Part shown: piece by piece, positions 1-9,223 of the stretch
Position numbering within the stretch: the stretch's first letter is position 1
How the letters are laid out: every line of letters starts with the position of its first letter
Source of the DNA: an uncultured Verrucomicrobiae bacterium
GTDB taxonomy: Bacteria; Verrucomicrobiota; Verrucomicrobiia; Chthoniobacterales; UBA10450
Direction of reading: 5' to 3'
NCBI GenBank assembly: GCA_963801815.1
Contig: CAWDGJ010000001.1
Coordinates: 96,001-160,000 of the forward strand
DNA: 64,000 nt
Made by a program: the position numbers and the translations under genes
The notes under the pieces: model-generated
Seen by the model: the letters and a program-made list of their open reading frames with translations, nothing else
Told to the model about the DNA's origin: nothing
Databases searched by the model: none

Positions 1-161
1 ATGTCGATCGATCACGGCGATTAAGCCAAGAGGAAACATATAAGCCAGCGGCCACAGGCCGGGTGCTGTTAGCAAAAGCGCAGCGATCCAGATCGCCACG
101 TAGGCGACGATCTTATAAAGAAGCCGAACCTGACTTGCTTTTCCGCCGTCGGGCTCGGTCA

Positions 162-749
162 TTATTCTCTGACCGTAATCGGCGTGCCCACCGGGGCGTT
201 ATTATAGAACTTCTCTGCCATTCCCTGCGGAATCCGAATGCATCCATGCGAGGCCGCATAAGGCGGACAGTAGCCCTGATGCATTGCGTAACCGCCGTTG
301 AAATGCATGCAATACGGCATTTTCGCCGGATCGAAATGCGCGCCCTTCGGGCAGCGATCTTTCCGGACATCGATATTCGAGACCACAACATTCCCGTCGT
401 GGTCGATATAATCCCCGAACTCGCTCGAAAAATGATTCTTGTCCTTCGAGACAACGGAATAATGGCCCGGCGGCGTTCCGAAACCCGGTTTTCCGGTCGA
501 AACGGTCGATTCGCCGACCAGGCGTTTGCCCTTGTAGAAGTAAGCTTTTTGCTCGGATATGTGAACCACGATGCGAGACTCGCCGTGAGCGCCGGCGTCA
601 TCCCACCAGCCGCCAGGCGTCGGCGTTGGCAGCACTGAGCCAAGGGTCTGCTGGGCCTGTTGCTGCATTTGCTGCATGTCTTCGCAACTGCAGAACAAGA
701 ACCCTACGACTCCCAACAACCCGAACTGAATAAAACCCCTGTGTTTCAT
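162..749 (-). CDS. L,D-transpeptidase (YkuD family) lipoprotein
   Basis: Signal peptide with lipobox-like FCSC; VSTGKPG..TPPG motif; catalytic MHQG...SHGCIR. Confidence 0.9.
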   Translation of the reverse strand: MKHRGFIQFGLLGVVGFLFCSCEDMQQMQQQAQQTLGSVLPTPTPGGWWDDAGAHGESRIVVHISEQKAYFYKGKRLVGESTVSTGKPGFGTPPGHYSVVSKDKNHFSSEFGDYIDHDGNVVVSNIDVRKDRCPKGAHFDPAKMPYCMHFNGGYAMHQGYCPPYAASHGCIRIPQGMAEKFYNNAPVGTPITVRE

Positions 750-896
750 AAGGCCGCGACTATTAACGCGTAGTTAGTTGGGTGGCGCAATTGTAAAACG
801 TTGTGGTGTAGTCACGCGCCTGTGGCACATCAAACGGCCCGCAGGGCCGTGGCTACAGCTGTTGACGGTATGCATCAGCGGAAATACGCTCGTTCC

Positions 897-1490
897 ATGG
901 CCACTCTTACAAAAAATGCGTCGTCATCGACCAAAGAACGCGACACGGCCTCAGTTCAGCCGCCAATTAATTTGGGAAATTGGATCGAAACGAACCGCGA
1001 TTTATTCAAACCGCCGGTTAGCAATCGGTATCTCTATGACGGGCGGGACTTCTTCGTGATGGTAATCAAGGGACCGAACGCGCGAAACGACTTCCACAAA
1101 GTAGACTCGGAGGAGTATTTTTATCAGCTCAAGGGCGATATCAAAGTGCGCATCCGCGAAGGTGACAAGATCGTCGATCATCTCGTGCGCGAAGGCGAAA
1201 CGTTCTTCATTCCACCGAACGTGCCGCACGCACCGGTCCGCCCGCCGGACACCATCGGTGTCGTCGTGGAAAAACGCCGTCCGCCGGGCGAACACGAACA
1301 CGTCATCTTCTATTGCGACAATTGCGGCGCCCTGGTCGAAGACATTGATTTCGATTGTGCCGACATCGTCGAGCATTTCAGTCAGGCGATGAAGGATTTT
1401 TGGGCCGATGACGCGCGTCGTACCTGCAAGAAGTGCGGACACAAAGTTCCGCAACCCGAGCCGGTTAAGCCGTTCGAAGAACGGCAGTGA
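897..1490 (+). CDS. nbaC: 3-hydroxyanthranilate 3,4-dioxygenase
   Basis: GPNARNDFH..EEYFYQLKG, PPNVPHAP cupin motifs; C-terminal CxxC...CxxC; start moved to ATG 897. Confidence 0.95.
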   Translation: MATLTKNASSSTKERDTASVQPPINLGNWIETNRDLFKPPVSNRYLYDGRDFFVMVIKGPNARNDFHKVDSEEYFYQLKGDIKVRIREGDKIVDHLVREGETFFIPPNVPHAPVRPPDTIGVVVEKRRPPGEHEHVIFYCDNCGALVEDIDFDCADIVEHFSQAMKDFWADDARRTCKKCGHKVPQPEPVKPFEERQ

Positions 1491-1579
1491 CAAGTGACCG
1501 GTGACGAGTGACGAGATAATTCACGTCAGCGTTGCTTTAGCTGCAGCTTCTAGTCACTTGTCACTCGTCACACGTCACT
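1486..1579. repeat. Inverted tandem-heptamer element (4x AGTGACN ... 4x NGTCACT)
   Basis: AGTGACA AGTGACC GGTGACG AGTGACG mirrored by AGTCACT TGTCACT CGTCACA CGTCACT; contains the nbaC stop. Confidence 0.85.
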
Positions 1580-1583
1580 TTCC

Positions 1584-2639
1584 TTGAAGATCGATCTCCA
1601 TACCCACATTTTGCCGCGCGAGTGGCCGGACCTGGATAAAAAGTTTGGCTATTCAGGCTTCGTCCGATTGGAGCATTGCGACGAATGCAGTGCCCGAATG
1701 ATGATCGGCGACCGTGTTTTTCGCGAAATCACCGACAACGTTTGGAATCCCGAACGACGCATTGAAGAGATGGACCGTACGGGAGTTTCAATGCAGGTGC
1801 TTTCGACCGTGCCCGTGATGTTCAGTTATTGGGCGAAGCCGCGCGACGCGCTCGAGCTTTCGCGATTGCTAAACGATCACATCGCCGAAGTGGTTCGCGA
1901 AAATCCAGGAAGCTTTGCCGGGCTCGGCACAATTCCGTTGCAGGATGTCGATCTGGCCGCGCGGGAATTGACGCGTTGCGTGCGCGAGCTTGGATTGCGT
2001 GGCATCGAAATCGGAACCCATGTCGATCCCAACGATCACTGCCACGGTCCGGATTGTCGCAACCTCGATCATCCGTCTCTCGATGTCCTTTGGAAGACGG
2101 CTCAGGACCTCAACGCGGCGATTTTTGTTCACCCCTGGGACATGATGGGCAAGGATCGAATGCCGAAATACTGGCTGCCGTGGCTCGTCGGTATGCCCGC
2201 CGAAACTTCGCTCGCAATCTGTTCCATGGTCTTCGGTGGTGTCTTCGACCGGTTTCCGAAATTGCGCGTGGCATTTTCTCACGGCGGTGGCGCCTTTCCG
2301 GGAACGATCGGCCGCATCGAACACGGATTCCACGTGCGACCCGATTTGGTCGCGATCGACAACGAGACGAACCCTCGAAAGTATCTGGCGCGTTCCGATA
2401 ATGCCAAAGGCGGCTCGCCTTCGCGGTTTTATGTCGATTCACTGGTTCACGACGCCGACGCCGTGAAGTTGCTGATTAAACTTTTTGGGGCGCAACGCGT
2501 CGCGCTCGGGTCCGATTATCCGTTCCCTCTCGGCGAAGCGGAGCCAGGAAAGTTGATCGAATCGATTGTCGATCTTTCCGCGAAGGAAAGATCGCAGCTT
2601 CTTTCCGAAACCGCCCGCGAATTCCTTGGAATCGCGTAA
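1584..2639 (+). CDS. nbaD: 2-amino-3-carboxymuconate-6-semialdehyde decarboxylase (ACMSD, amidohydrolase family)
   Basis: IDLHTHILP, LSTVPVMFSYW, FVHPWDMM, WLVGMPAET, HGGG, GSDYPFPLGE; TTG start. Confidence 0.95.
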   Translation: MKIDLHTHILPREWPDLDKKFGYSGFVRLEHCDECSARMMIGDRVFREITDNVWNPERRIEEMDRTGVSMQVLSTVPVMFSYWAKPRDALELSRLLNDHIAEVVRENPGSFAGLGTIPLQDVDLAARELTRCVRELGLRGIEIGTHVDPNDHCHGPDCRNLDHPSLDVLWKTAQDLNAAIFVHPWDMMGKDRMPKYWLPWLVGMPAETSLAICSMVFGGVFDRFPKLRVAFSHGGGAFPGTIGRIEHGFHVRPDLVAIDNETNPRKYLARSDNAKGGSPSRFYVDSLVHDADAVKLLIKLFGAQRVALGSDYPFPLGEAEPGKLIESIVDLSAKERSQLLSETAREFLGIA

Positions 2640-2646
2640 CCGCGGA

Positions 2647-3084
2647 TCAGGCTGGGGGCGGGGAGCCGCTACCCGAGAACTGTTGCATCAGCGAAGGGAT
2701 CAGGCTCATCAGGCTTTGCTGATGATTGGCGTTCGGGTCGACCTTTCCCTGTGGCGTGAGTTTATCCACGACCTTCGGCAAATATTGGGCCAAGAGCGTG
2801 GAGGCTTGCGCCGGGTCGATCCCCATTTTCGCCGCAAGCGCGCGGACTTGATCGGAGCCGAGCACTTTTTGAATTTGATCGGTCGAGATTGCCTGGTTTT
2901 CTCCAGTCCCGACCCAGGAAGCAAAGGCGTTACCTGCGCCGCCCTGCGAAAATTTGTTCGCCAGGCCCTGCAATCCACCATTTTGTTCGAGAAGCGTCCC
3001 GACGACTCCGACCAGAGCAGCCGCTCCGCCCGCTTCGCCAGTTTTTCCAGACATCGCGCCGATTACTGAATCAAGCAGTCCCAT
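2647..3084 (-). CDS. YidB/DUF937 family protein
   Basis: MGLLDSVIG...GGLQGL...SWVGTGENQAIS...LPKVVDKLTPQG. Confidence 0.85.
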   Translation of the reverse strand: MGLLDSVIGAMSGKTGEAGGAAALVGVVGTLLEQNGGLQGLANKFSQGGAGNAFASWVGTGENQAISTDQIQKVLGSDQVRALAAKMGIDPAQASTLLAQYLPKVVDKLTPQGKVDPNANHQQSLMSLIPSLMQQFSGSGSPPPA

Positions 3085-3132
3085 AAGTTATTGTTTCTAT
3101 TGGTTTGAGGTTGTGAGCTTTTGTTAAGTCAC

Positions 3133-3209
3133 GTCTAACGAATCTCCGAGTTGTTCACTGCGAAGCATTAGCGGACTTATCAATCTAGGCGAGCAGCAAT
3201 TGGTTAGCG
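3133..3209 (-). repeat. Degenerate attC-like site upstream of the YidB gene
   Basis: Minus strand CGCTAACCAATTGCTGCTCGC...GAACAAC...TCGTTAGAC; CTAAC/GTTAG ends and an imperfect inner stem. Confidence 0.35.
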
Positions 3210-3311
3210 CTAAGACCTTTGTCGTACTAACGGTCGTCGGTTCCTGGCGGATTATTAACCTTCACTTGGCGATAACCGCCGAGCGCAACGTTTAACTCTA
3301 GCAAAAAACCT

Positions 3312-3701
3312 ATGGGCTTATTTAATAACTTACTGTCTAAGATTTTTAGTCACGCCACGCCGACTGGTGTGGTCAGCAGTGCAGCATCCACCGCAACCCA
3401 ATCGCCAGCCACTGCCTCCGCTGTGGCTGCCGCGCCTGCGACGGTGGTCGACGTGGCCGCGATTCTCGACGGATTAGCCGCGAAAAATCCGGAGAAACTT
3501 GATTGGAAACACTCAATCGTGGACTTGATGAAACTCGTCGGCATGGACAGCAGTTTCACCGCCCGCAAAGAGCTGGCCAAAGACCTGAATTACACCGGCG
3601 ATATGAACGACTCTGCGTCGATGAACATCTGGTTGCACAAGCAAGTGATGCTCAAGTTATCGCAAAATGGCGGCAAAGTGCCGGCGGAACTACTGAAGTA
3701 A
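3312..3701 (+). CDS. DUF3597 domain protein
   Basis: VDVAAILD...LDWKHSIVDLMKLVGMDSS..ARKELA...GDMNDSASMNIWLHKQVM...NGGKVP. Confidence 0.9.
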   Translation: MGLFNNLLSKIFSHATPTGVVSSAASTATQSPATASAVAAAPATVVDVAAILDGLAAKNPEKLDWKHSIVDLMKLVGMDSSFTARKELAKDLNYTGDMNDSASMNIWLHKQVMLKLSQNGGKVPAELLK

Positions 3702-3729
3702 TTCTCGGCGCGGAGGATTCTGCGCTCCC

Positions 3730-4515
3730 CTACATTTCGTGACGAATGGCCCAGAGATCGTGAAAGACTGGTCTAAACAGCGATTCCTTCAGAAATGGAA
3801 CCCCCGGTGAGCCGCCAGTGCCTTTTTTCGCGCCGATAGTGCGCTCGACTAATTTGATGTGGCGATAACGCCATTCCTGCAATCCTTCGTCGAAATCGGT
3901 CATCAACTCGAACAGGATCGAAACTTCGGGTGACGATTTGTAGAGCTTGAGAATTTCATTCTGCACTTGTTCGTTCGGTTCGTTGGCTTGAGTGAGATCG
4001 CGGTTTTTAAGCTCGGCTGGAATCCTTGCTCCACGCGTCTCCAGAAAATTGTAGAAGTGATCGATCACCGTGCGTTCGCGGAGCCGTTCCTGAAGGCTGT
4101 CCGCGCCGGGAAAATCCGGCTTCACGTATTTCAATGTCGATTCCCGCTTGTAGCCGAGCACGAACTCGACTTCGCGAAACTGGATCGATTGAAATCCCGA
4201 TGCGGTTTCCAGCCGGTCGCGAAAGCTCGAGAATGACGATGGCGTCATCGTTTCAAGTATGTCGATCTGCGCCACGAGCACTTTCATGATCGTGCGCACG
4301 CGTTTAAAGGAATGAATCGCTCCGAAGAGATCACCGGCGGAAAAATCCTTTTTTATTTTCTCAAACTCATGCAGCAGCTGTTTGAACCAAAGTTCATACG
4401 TTTGATGGATGATAATGAACAGCATCTCATCGTGTTCGGGCGGCGTTGAACGCGGGCGCTGGAGAGTGAGAAGTTTCTCCAGATCCAAGTAATTGGCATA
4501 GGTGAGTGGTGGCAT
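3730..4515 (-). CDS. kynA: Tryptophan 2,3-dioxygenase
   Basis: TYANYL, HDEMLFIIIHQTYELWFKQ, ASGFQSIQFR, WRYRH..VERTIGAKKGTGGS. Confidence 0.95.
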   Translation of the reverse strand: MPPLTYANYLDLEKLLTLQRPRSTPPEHDEMLFIIIHQTYELWFKQLLHEFEKIKKDFSAGDLFGAIHSFKRVRTIMKVLVAQIDILETMTPSSFSSFRDRLETASGFQSIQFREVEFVLGYKRESTLKYVKPDFPGADSLQERLRERTVIDHFYNFLETRGARIPAELKNRDLTQANEPNEQVQNEILKLYKSSPEVSILFELMTDFDEGLQEWRYRHIKLVERTIGAKKGTGGSPGVPFLKESLFRPVFHDLWAIRHEM

Positions 4516-4602
4516 GACTGTTTCTCTCAACTCTCAACTTCTTTGAACATGTCAGGGGCGGTCATGGCTGAATGCTCCACGCCGCGCGTGCGCGCGTCAA
4601 CG

Positions 4603-4667
4603 TTGTAGAGGCGCTTATGTTAAGCGCCTATTTAATAGGCAGGTGCTTGGCACAAGCACCTCTACAA
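4603..4667. repeat. GTAG-type REP doublet (REPIN)
   Basis: TTGTAGAGGCGCTT..AAGCGCC ... AGGTGCTTGGCACAAGCACCTCTACAA; related copies at 17621 and 26415. Confidence 0.85.
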
Positions 4668-4669
4668 AG

Positions 4670-5107
4670 TTATTTGAGCACTGCCTGATGAAACTCGTAC
4701 CAATCGTCGAGATTGTTCAGGTTCACCGCGTCTTTGAACGCTGAAGAGTCGTCCGCGATTCCGCACGCTCCGAGAATCCCTTTCCGAGTCTCCTCGTCAT
4801 GATTATAACCGCGCACGGCTGCGTTGTGTTTTTCGATCGATTGTCGATCCAGCGACTTCGCGTTTTTCTTCACCCAAGCCTCAAACTGCGGATAGGTCGG
4901 TTTGTTCTGCTTGATGAAATCTTTTACCGCCTGTTCTTCCAATCCGAGCGCGGCGCAGGTCATCGCATCGTAGCCCCTGCCAATGCCGGGATAGCCGGCG
5001 GCGAGTTTACCTTGCGATTCGAGCGAAACTTTTTGCCACATCCGCGGCAGATGCAGAACTCCGAGTGGACCGGCAGTGCCGGAACTGATCATGGGAACGT
5101 AAGTCAT
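4670..5107 (-). CDS. DUF5069-like protein
   Basis: GPLGVLHLPRMWQK...GYDAM..LG pattern; clean 145-aa ORF. Confidence 0.65.
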   Translation of the reverse strand: MTYVPMISSGTAGPLGVLHLPRMWQKVSLESQGKLAAGYPGIGRGYDAMTCAALGLEEQAVKDFIKQNKPTYPQFEAWVKKNAKSLDRQSIEKHNAAVRGYNHDEETRKGILGACGIADDSSAFKDAVNLNNLDDWYEFHQAVLK

Positions 5108-5109
5108 AA

Positions 5110-5238
5110 AAGTAAGAAGTAAGAGTTATGAATTAAGAAGTAGTTACAGGTTCGACGCGCTAAAACAATCCATTTCGGCAAATGCTGGTTTCTTAATTCT
5201 TAATTTATAGTTCATACTTCCTACTTCCTACTTCCTAC
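5110..5238. repeat. Inverted tandem-heptamer element (AAGTAAG-type ... CCTACTT-type)
   Basis: AAGTAAG AAGTAAG AGTTATG AATTAAG vs CTTAATT CTTAATT TATAGTT CATACTT CCTACTT CCTACTT. Confidence 0.8.
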
Positions 5239-5241
5239 GAA

Positions 5242-6435
5242 TCACTTCATGATTCGCAGATAATATTCGTCCCACGCAGCGGGTATCGATTCCCGCGAAG
5301 AGTAGGGGCCCGGTTCGTAGGCGCGCGATGCGATTCCCTGCTGGCTCAGTTCGCAAATATGCCAGTCCTGCTTGTTGGTCATGTCCCAAAACTCGATCGC
5401 ATCCTCCGGCTTGAAATCGCTTCGCTTGAACGCATCCGGATGGAAAAACCAGTCGCACACGATCAATGTGCGCGACGACGATTGCGGCCAGAGTTGATGC
5501 ACCATCACATATTCCGGGTGCAGACTGAGGAGCATGTTTGGAAAGATCGAGTAGTAGAAAACTTGCCGGAGGTTTTCGATTTCTCCGACGAACGATGCGC
5601 AGGCATCTCCGCTCATGGTCAGACTCTTCCCGGGATTGATTTTCATGAATCCGCCGAGGAACGGTCCTTCGCGCAAATCATTTTCCGCCGAATCGTAAGG
5701 TGAAATTTTTTGCAACTGCGGATGTACTCCGGGACAGTGATAACACTCCGAATAATTCTCGAACATCAGCTTCCAGTTCGCCTGCACGTCGTATTCGATC
5801 CGTTTCGCTGATCGCAATGTCGCGATATTCCAGTGCGAAAATTTGCCAGTTAACGGCGCGAACCAACGTTGCAAGGAGATGAAATCTCCTGAACGTTGCC
5901 GCGCCGTAGCTTCTGAGCGAAGGCGGGCCTCAGCGTTCTGAAGATTCACAAAAATGAAGCCTTCCCAAAGACCGAGATCGACCGGATGCAGCGGATAATC
6001 CGTTTTATCGAATCCGGGCACGTCATCCATGTGCGGCGCGCCAATCAATTGACCGTCGAGTCCGTAAGTCCATGCATGATATGGACACTGAATCGTCGAC
6101 GAATGTCCGCAAACTGCCTCACCGGCTCGGTGCTCTTTGAGTCGCGTCCCCCGATGGCGACAAACGTTGTAGAATCCTCTGACCTGTGACCGCTGATCTC
6201 TGATCACAATTATGCTTTCGCCCGAGATTGTGACCAAGAAATAGTCGCCCGCGTTCGCGATCTGGTTTTGATGTCCCACGAGCAACCATTCTTTTGAAAA
6301 AATCTTTTTCTGTTCCGCAGCAAAGATCTCCGACGACACGAAATACTTTTGTGGCAGCGACTTGACAGCCTCGGATGAAACTTGAGACGTTCTGCGAAAC
6401 GCAGTCGACGTTCTCGGTTTGATCTGAATCGCCAT
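5242..6435 (-). CDS. Rieske non-heme iron oxygenase alpha subunit (GbcA / choline monooxygenase-like)
   Basis: NVCRHRG...CPYHAWTY Rieske motif; ENYSECYHCPGVHP iron site; QDWHICE. Confidence 0.9.
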   Translation of the reverse strand: MAIQIKPRTSTAFRRTSQVSSEAVKSLPQKYFVSSEIFAAEQKKIFSKEWLLVGHQNQIANAGDYFLVTISGESIIVIRDQRSQVRGFYNVCRHRGTRLKEHRAGEAVCGHSSTIQCPYHAWTYGLDGQLIGAPHMDDVPGFDKTDYPLHPVDLGLWEGFIFVNLQNAEARLRSEATARQRSGDFISLQRWFAPLTGKFSHWNIATLRSAKRIEYDVQANWKLMFENYSECYHCPGVHPQLQKISPYDSAENDLREGPFLGGFMKINPGKSLTMSGDACASFVGEIENLRQVFYYSIFPNMLLSLHPEYVMVHQLWPQSSSRTLIVCDWFFHPDAFKRSDFKPEDAIEFWDMTNKQDWHICELSQQGIASRAYEPGPYSSRESIPAAWDEYYLRIMK

Positions 6436-6571
6436 GCCGCAATGGTCTACTTCGCCGTCGCTTGCGTCAATTCAGTGTCGGACATCAACAGTCGCGGGAA
6501 TTTGTAACCGTAAAGTCGATTACTCGGTCAGATTAGATGTGTATCACCGATGTCTTCTCGGCCTGCGCAGG

Positions 6572-6736
6572 ATGAGATGGGGTCTGATCTTACTCGCCTG
6601 CGCTCTTCTCGCTGTCGGGTGCGCGCATGATCATGACGCGTCCTCCGACTCGGAAGATCATCCTCATCGACATCACGGGCATCGAGGCGGGGATCAAAGT
6701 TTCACCAACCCGTCGCCGTCGCCCGGCGGATTCTAA
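6572..6736 (+). CDS. Small His-rich lipoprotein (54 aa)
   Basis: MRWGLILLACALLAVGC lipobox then AHDHD...HPHRHHGH. Confidence 0.6.
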   Translation: MRWGLILLACALLAVGCAHDHDASSDSEDHPHRHHGHRGGDQSFTNPSPSPGGF

Positions 6737-6743
6737 TCGCGAC

Positions 6744-7262
6744 TTATTTCCGCGGTTTCGTTCTAGCGCTGAGGACGCGATGCGTCGCCAGCGCGTTGAG
6801 AATCTCGGGATTACCCTGCGCCCAGGCATTGTCGATCATCATTTTCTTGAAGCGCCATTTCTGGCCATCTCGCACAAGTTCGCAATCGTAACGATTCATT
6901 AGGAGCGCATTTTCCGACCCGGGGCGTGGACCTTGTCGGGGCATGAAATGTTGCGCCATCACGTAGGCGTAAACTGTGGCCGAATCTTCGCTGATCTCGA
7001 TCTGGAGATTGCTTACCGTATGACTGGTATCGAGCGGGCCGAGCAGAGGAATCAGAGCATCCGCAATTGCCTGTCGTCCGGTCAACTTTGGGAAATCGAG
7101 GCCGAGTTTCTTGCCGGCTGGGCGAAAATCGAAAACGCAATCTTCGGTGAGCGTTGATGCCAGAGAATCGGCGTCACCGTGGTCGAGGCCGAAGGCAAAG
7201 CGGTGCAACGCGTCGGCGATTTCGTAACGGTCGGCTGCGAGTTGCGCGAGATCGTTGCTCAT
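6744..7262 (-). CDS. SnoaL/NTF2-like domain protein
   Basis: LAADRYEIADALHRFAFGLD..D...TEDCVFD...TSHTVSN...Y....VRDGQKWRF. Confidence 0.85.
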   Translation of the reverse strand: MSNDLAQLAADRYEIADALHRFAFGLDHGDADSLASTLTEDCVFDFRPAGKKLGLDFPKLTGRQAIADALIPLLGPLDTSHTVSNLQIEISEDSATVYAYVMAQHFMPRQGPRPGSENALLMNRYDCELVRDGQKWRFKKMMIDNAWAQGNPEILNALATHRVLSARTKPRK

Positions 7263-7326
7263 TGGCTCAGACTTTAAGCGCCGGCATTGGAATCGCAAAG
7301 CCAACAGAACACCCAATCTTGCGCTA

Positions 7327-7350
7327 AACTTGACGGCTTAAAGCCGTCAA
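7327..7350. promoter_or_regulatory. Palindrome copy 1 (AACTTGACGGCTT-A-AAGCCGTCAA), candidate operator or element end
   Basis: 24-bp exact repeat of 7774-7797; overlaps the wHTH stop codon. Confidence 0.6.
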
Positions 7351-7760
7351 ATCTTTGGTGCTGATTCGAACAGGCCCCAGCGCGGTTGCCAGTTGATCGG
7401 GAGATGCCGCCGCGGCGCTTGCCTACGCTTTTTCCGTCGGGATGTTGATCGTCGCAGCGCGGCATACTTAGCCCGCGGAAGCCGCCCATTTACCTGGACG
7501 AGCGCGACTAAATGCGCGAACAGAGGGTGGGATTGATTCGCAGCATAAAACCGATGGTAGCCATTCGACCATGTTTTCACGATTCCAATGGCGCTTAGTT
7601 TTCGGAGCTCATCTTGAACGGTGTGCAATGCCAGGCCTGTTAGACCCATGAGTTCACGCACATAGTATTGGCGGATCGGTCTCCGAAATAAAACTTCGAA
7701 CAATCGGGCGCGCACTTGTGGAAATAAAACTTCAATGACGGGACGGTCGCTCTTGCTCAC
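7347..7760 (-). CDS. Winged helix-turn-helix protein (resembles the N-terminal domain of HTH-nucleotidyltransferases) with a basic tail
   Basis: LFPQVRARLFEVLF...YYVRELMGLTG..LHTVQDELRKL..IGIV....GYHRFYAAN..HPLF. Confidence 0.75.
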   Translation of the reverse strand: MSKSDRPVIEVLFPQVRARLFEVLFRRPIRQYYVRELMGLTGLALHTVQDELRKLSAIGIVKTWSNGYHRFYAANQSHPLFAHLVALVQVNGRLPRAKYAALRRSTSRRKKRRQAPRRHLPINWQPRWGLFESAPKI

Positions 7761-7773
7761 AGGGTCGATCTTG

Positions 7774-7800
7774 AACTTGACGGCTTAAAGCCGTCAAGTT
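7774..7800. promoter_or_regulatory. Palindrome copy 2, 27-bp perfect inverted repeat
   Basis: AACTTGACGGCTT-A-AAGCCGTCAAGTT, 13 bp upstream of the wHTH start. Confidence 0.65.
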
Positions 7801-7846
7801 TGCAATTCAATAAGCCGACAAAGCGTGAAACGGATTTTGGGTACGG

Positions 7847-9223
7847 CTAGCCGAACACTACGATGAGCACGCTTAAGCAAGAGAGCGCAAGCGCTGCGAG
7901 GATAGCATAGACGATTGCGTCCTGAAGCGCCGCGCGTCGCTTGGCTTCAGCGTAAGGAATGCGGGTGAACGTGACCATCGTGTACAACGGCAGATAGATT
8001 CCCGGAAGTGCAGCTTCGAGAAGGTGGTCGAGTCTTTTCTTGGCGCGAAAGCTCTTGGACGCGGTTTTGTCGCGCATTTCGATGAAATTTTCGAGCGCGA
8101 GATCCGCCAGGGCATCCGCGTTTGCTTTTCGACGTTTGAAATACTCTGTGAACGCGCGTCCTCGATCTTGTTTGCCACCGGACGACCCCGCCGTGGCAGG
8201 CGCAAACTCCTGCAGGCATTCATCGAGGACGACGCAATCTTCGAAGGCGGCGTTCATTCCCTGTCCGTAAAACGGAACAACGGCATGGGCTGCATCGCCA
8301 ACGAGACAAACCTTGTCGCGATAAAACCACGGCGCGCACCGGATCGTGACCAGCGAGCCCGTAGGATTATTTTTAAAATCCTCGAGCAGATTTGGCATCA
8401 GCGGAACCGCGTCTGGAAATTCCTCCTCAAAAAAGCGCCGGACGTCGTCGTCTGTCTTTGTTGTCGCAAAACTGCGCGGGCCTTCGAATTCCCAAAACAG
8501 CGTGCAGGTGAATGAGCCATCTGGATTCGGCAAAGCAATCATCATAAAACTTTTGCGCGGCCAGATGTGGAGCGCGTTCTTTTCCATTCTCCACGAACCG
8601 TCTGGACCGGGCGGGATGGTTAATTCCTTGTAACCGTGGGCAAGATAACTCTCGTCGTACTGGAAATTGTTGATCCTGAGTTGCATCGCTTGCCGCACCG
8701 CGGAAAACGCGCCGTCCACGCCAATGACTGCGTCCGCTGACGTGGTCATTCGTTGAGGTCCGAGCCGGAGTGGCGTTGTTGAGCTGGTGAGGAATTGAGC
8801 CATTGCCGAATCCAGATTGACGCCGGTGCACTTGTGATTGAAAAACACGTGCACGTTAGGATAGCGCTGCGCGGCTTCGATTAAGGTCGTGTTCAACGCG
8901 GCGCGGCCGATCGAATTAATGTGCTTGTTTGGGTCGACATCGTAGGGAACAAGAATTGGCGCCTTTCCCGCCTTGGCGGGATGAATCATTCGGCCGCGCA
9001 TCGGGATTGCGTGCTTCAACACTTCATCGGCGACCCCAATTTGTTGGAGTGCGTGAATTCCGCGCGTCGAAAGCGCGAGGTTGATCGAACGTCCGCCGAT
9101 CATGTTGCCTTCGCGCGGATCACCTCGGCGTTCGTAAAGATCGATTTTGTAGCCGCGCCGACCGAGGTACGCAGCGAGTAATCCGCCGGCCAAACCACTA
9201 CCAATGAGAACAAACTTCGCCAC
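7847..9223 (-). CDS. kmo: Kynurenine 3-monooxygenase
   Basis: GSGLAG, GRSINLALSTRG, DGAFSAVR, HGYKELTIP, NALHIWPR, GDAAHAVVPFYGQGMNAAFED; C-terminal TM helix. Confidence 0.95.
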   Translation of the reverse strand: MAKFVLIGSGLAGGLLAAYLGRRGYKIDLYERRGDPREGNMIGGRSINLALSTRGIHALQQIGVADEVLKHAIPMRGRMIHPAKAGKAPILVPYDVDPNKHINSIGRAALNTTLIEAAQRYPNVHVFFNHKCTGVNLDSAMAQFLTSSTTPLRLGPQRMTTSADAVIGVDGAFSAVRQAMQLRINNFQYDESYLAHGYKELTIPPGPDGSWRMEKNALHIWPRKSFMMIALPNPDGSFTCTLFWEFEGPRSFATTKTDDDVRRFFEEEFPDAVPLMPNLLEDFKNNPTGSLVTIRCAPWFYRDKVCLVGDAAHAVVPFYGQGMNAAFEDCVVLDECLQEFAPATAGSSGGKQDRGRAFTEYFKRRKANADALADLALENFIEMRDKTASKSFRAKKRLDHLLEAALPGIYLPLYTMVTFTRIPYAEAKRRAALQDAIVYAILAALALSCLSVLIVVFG

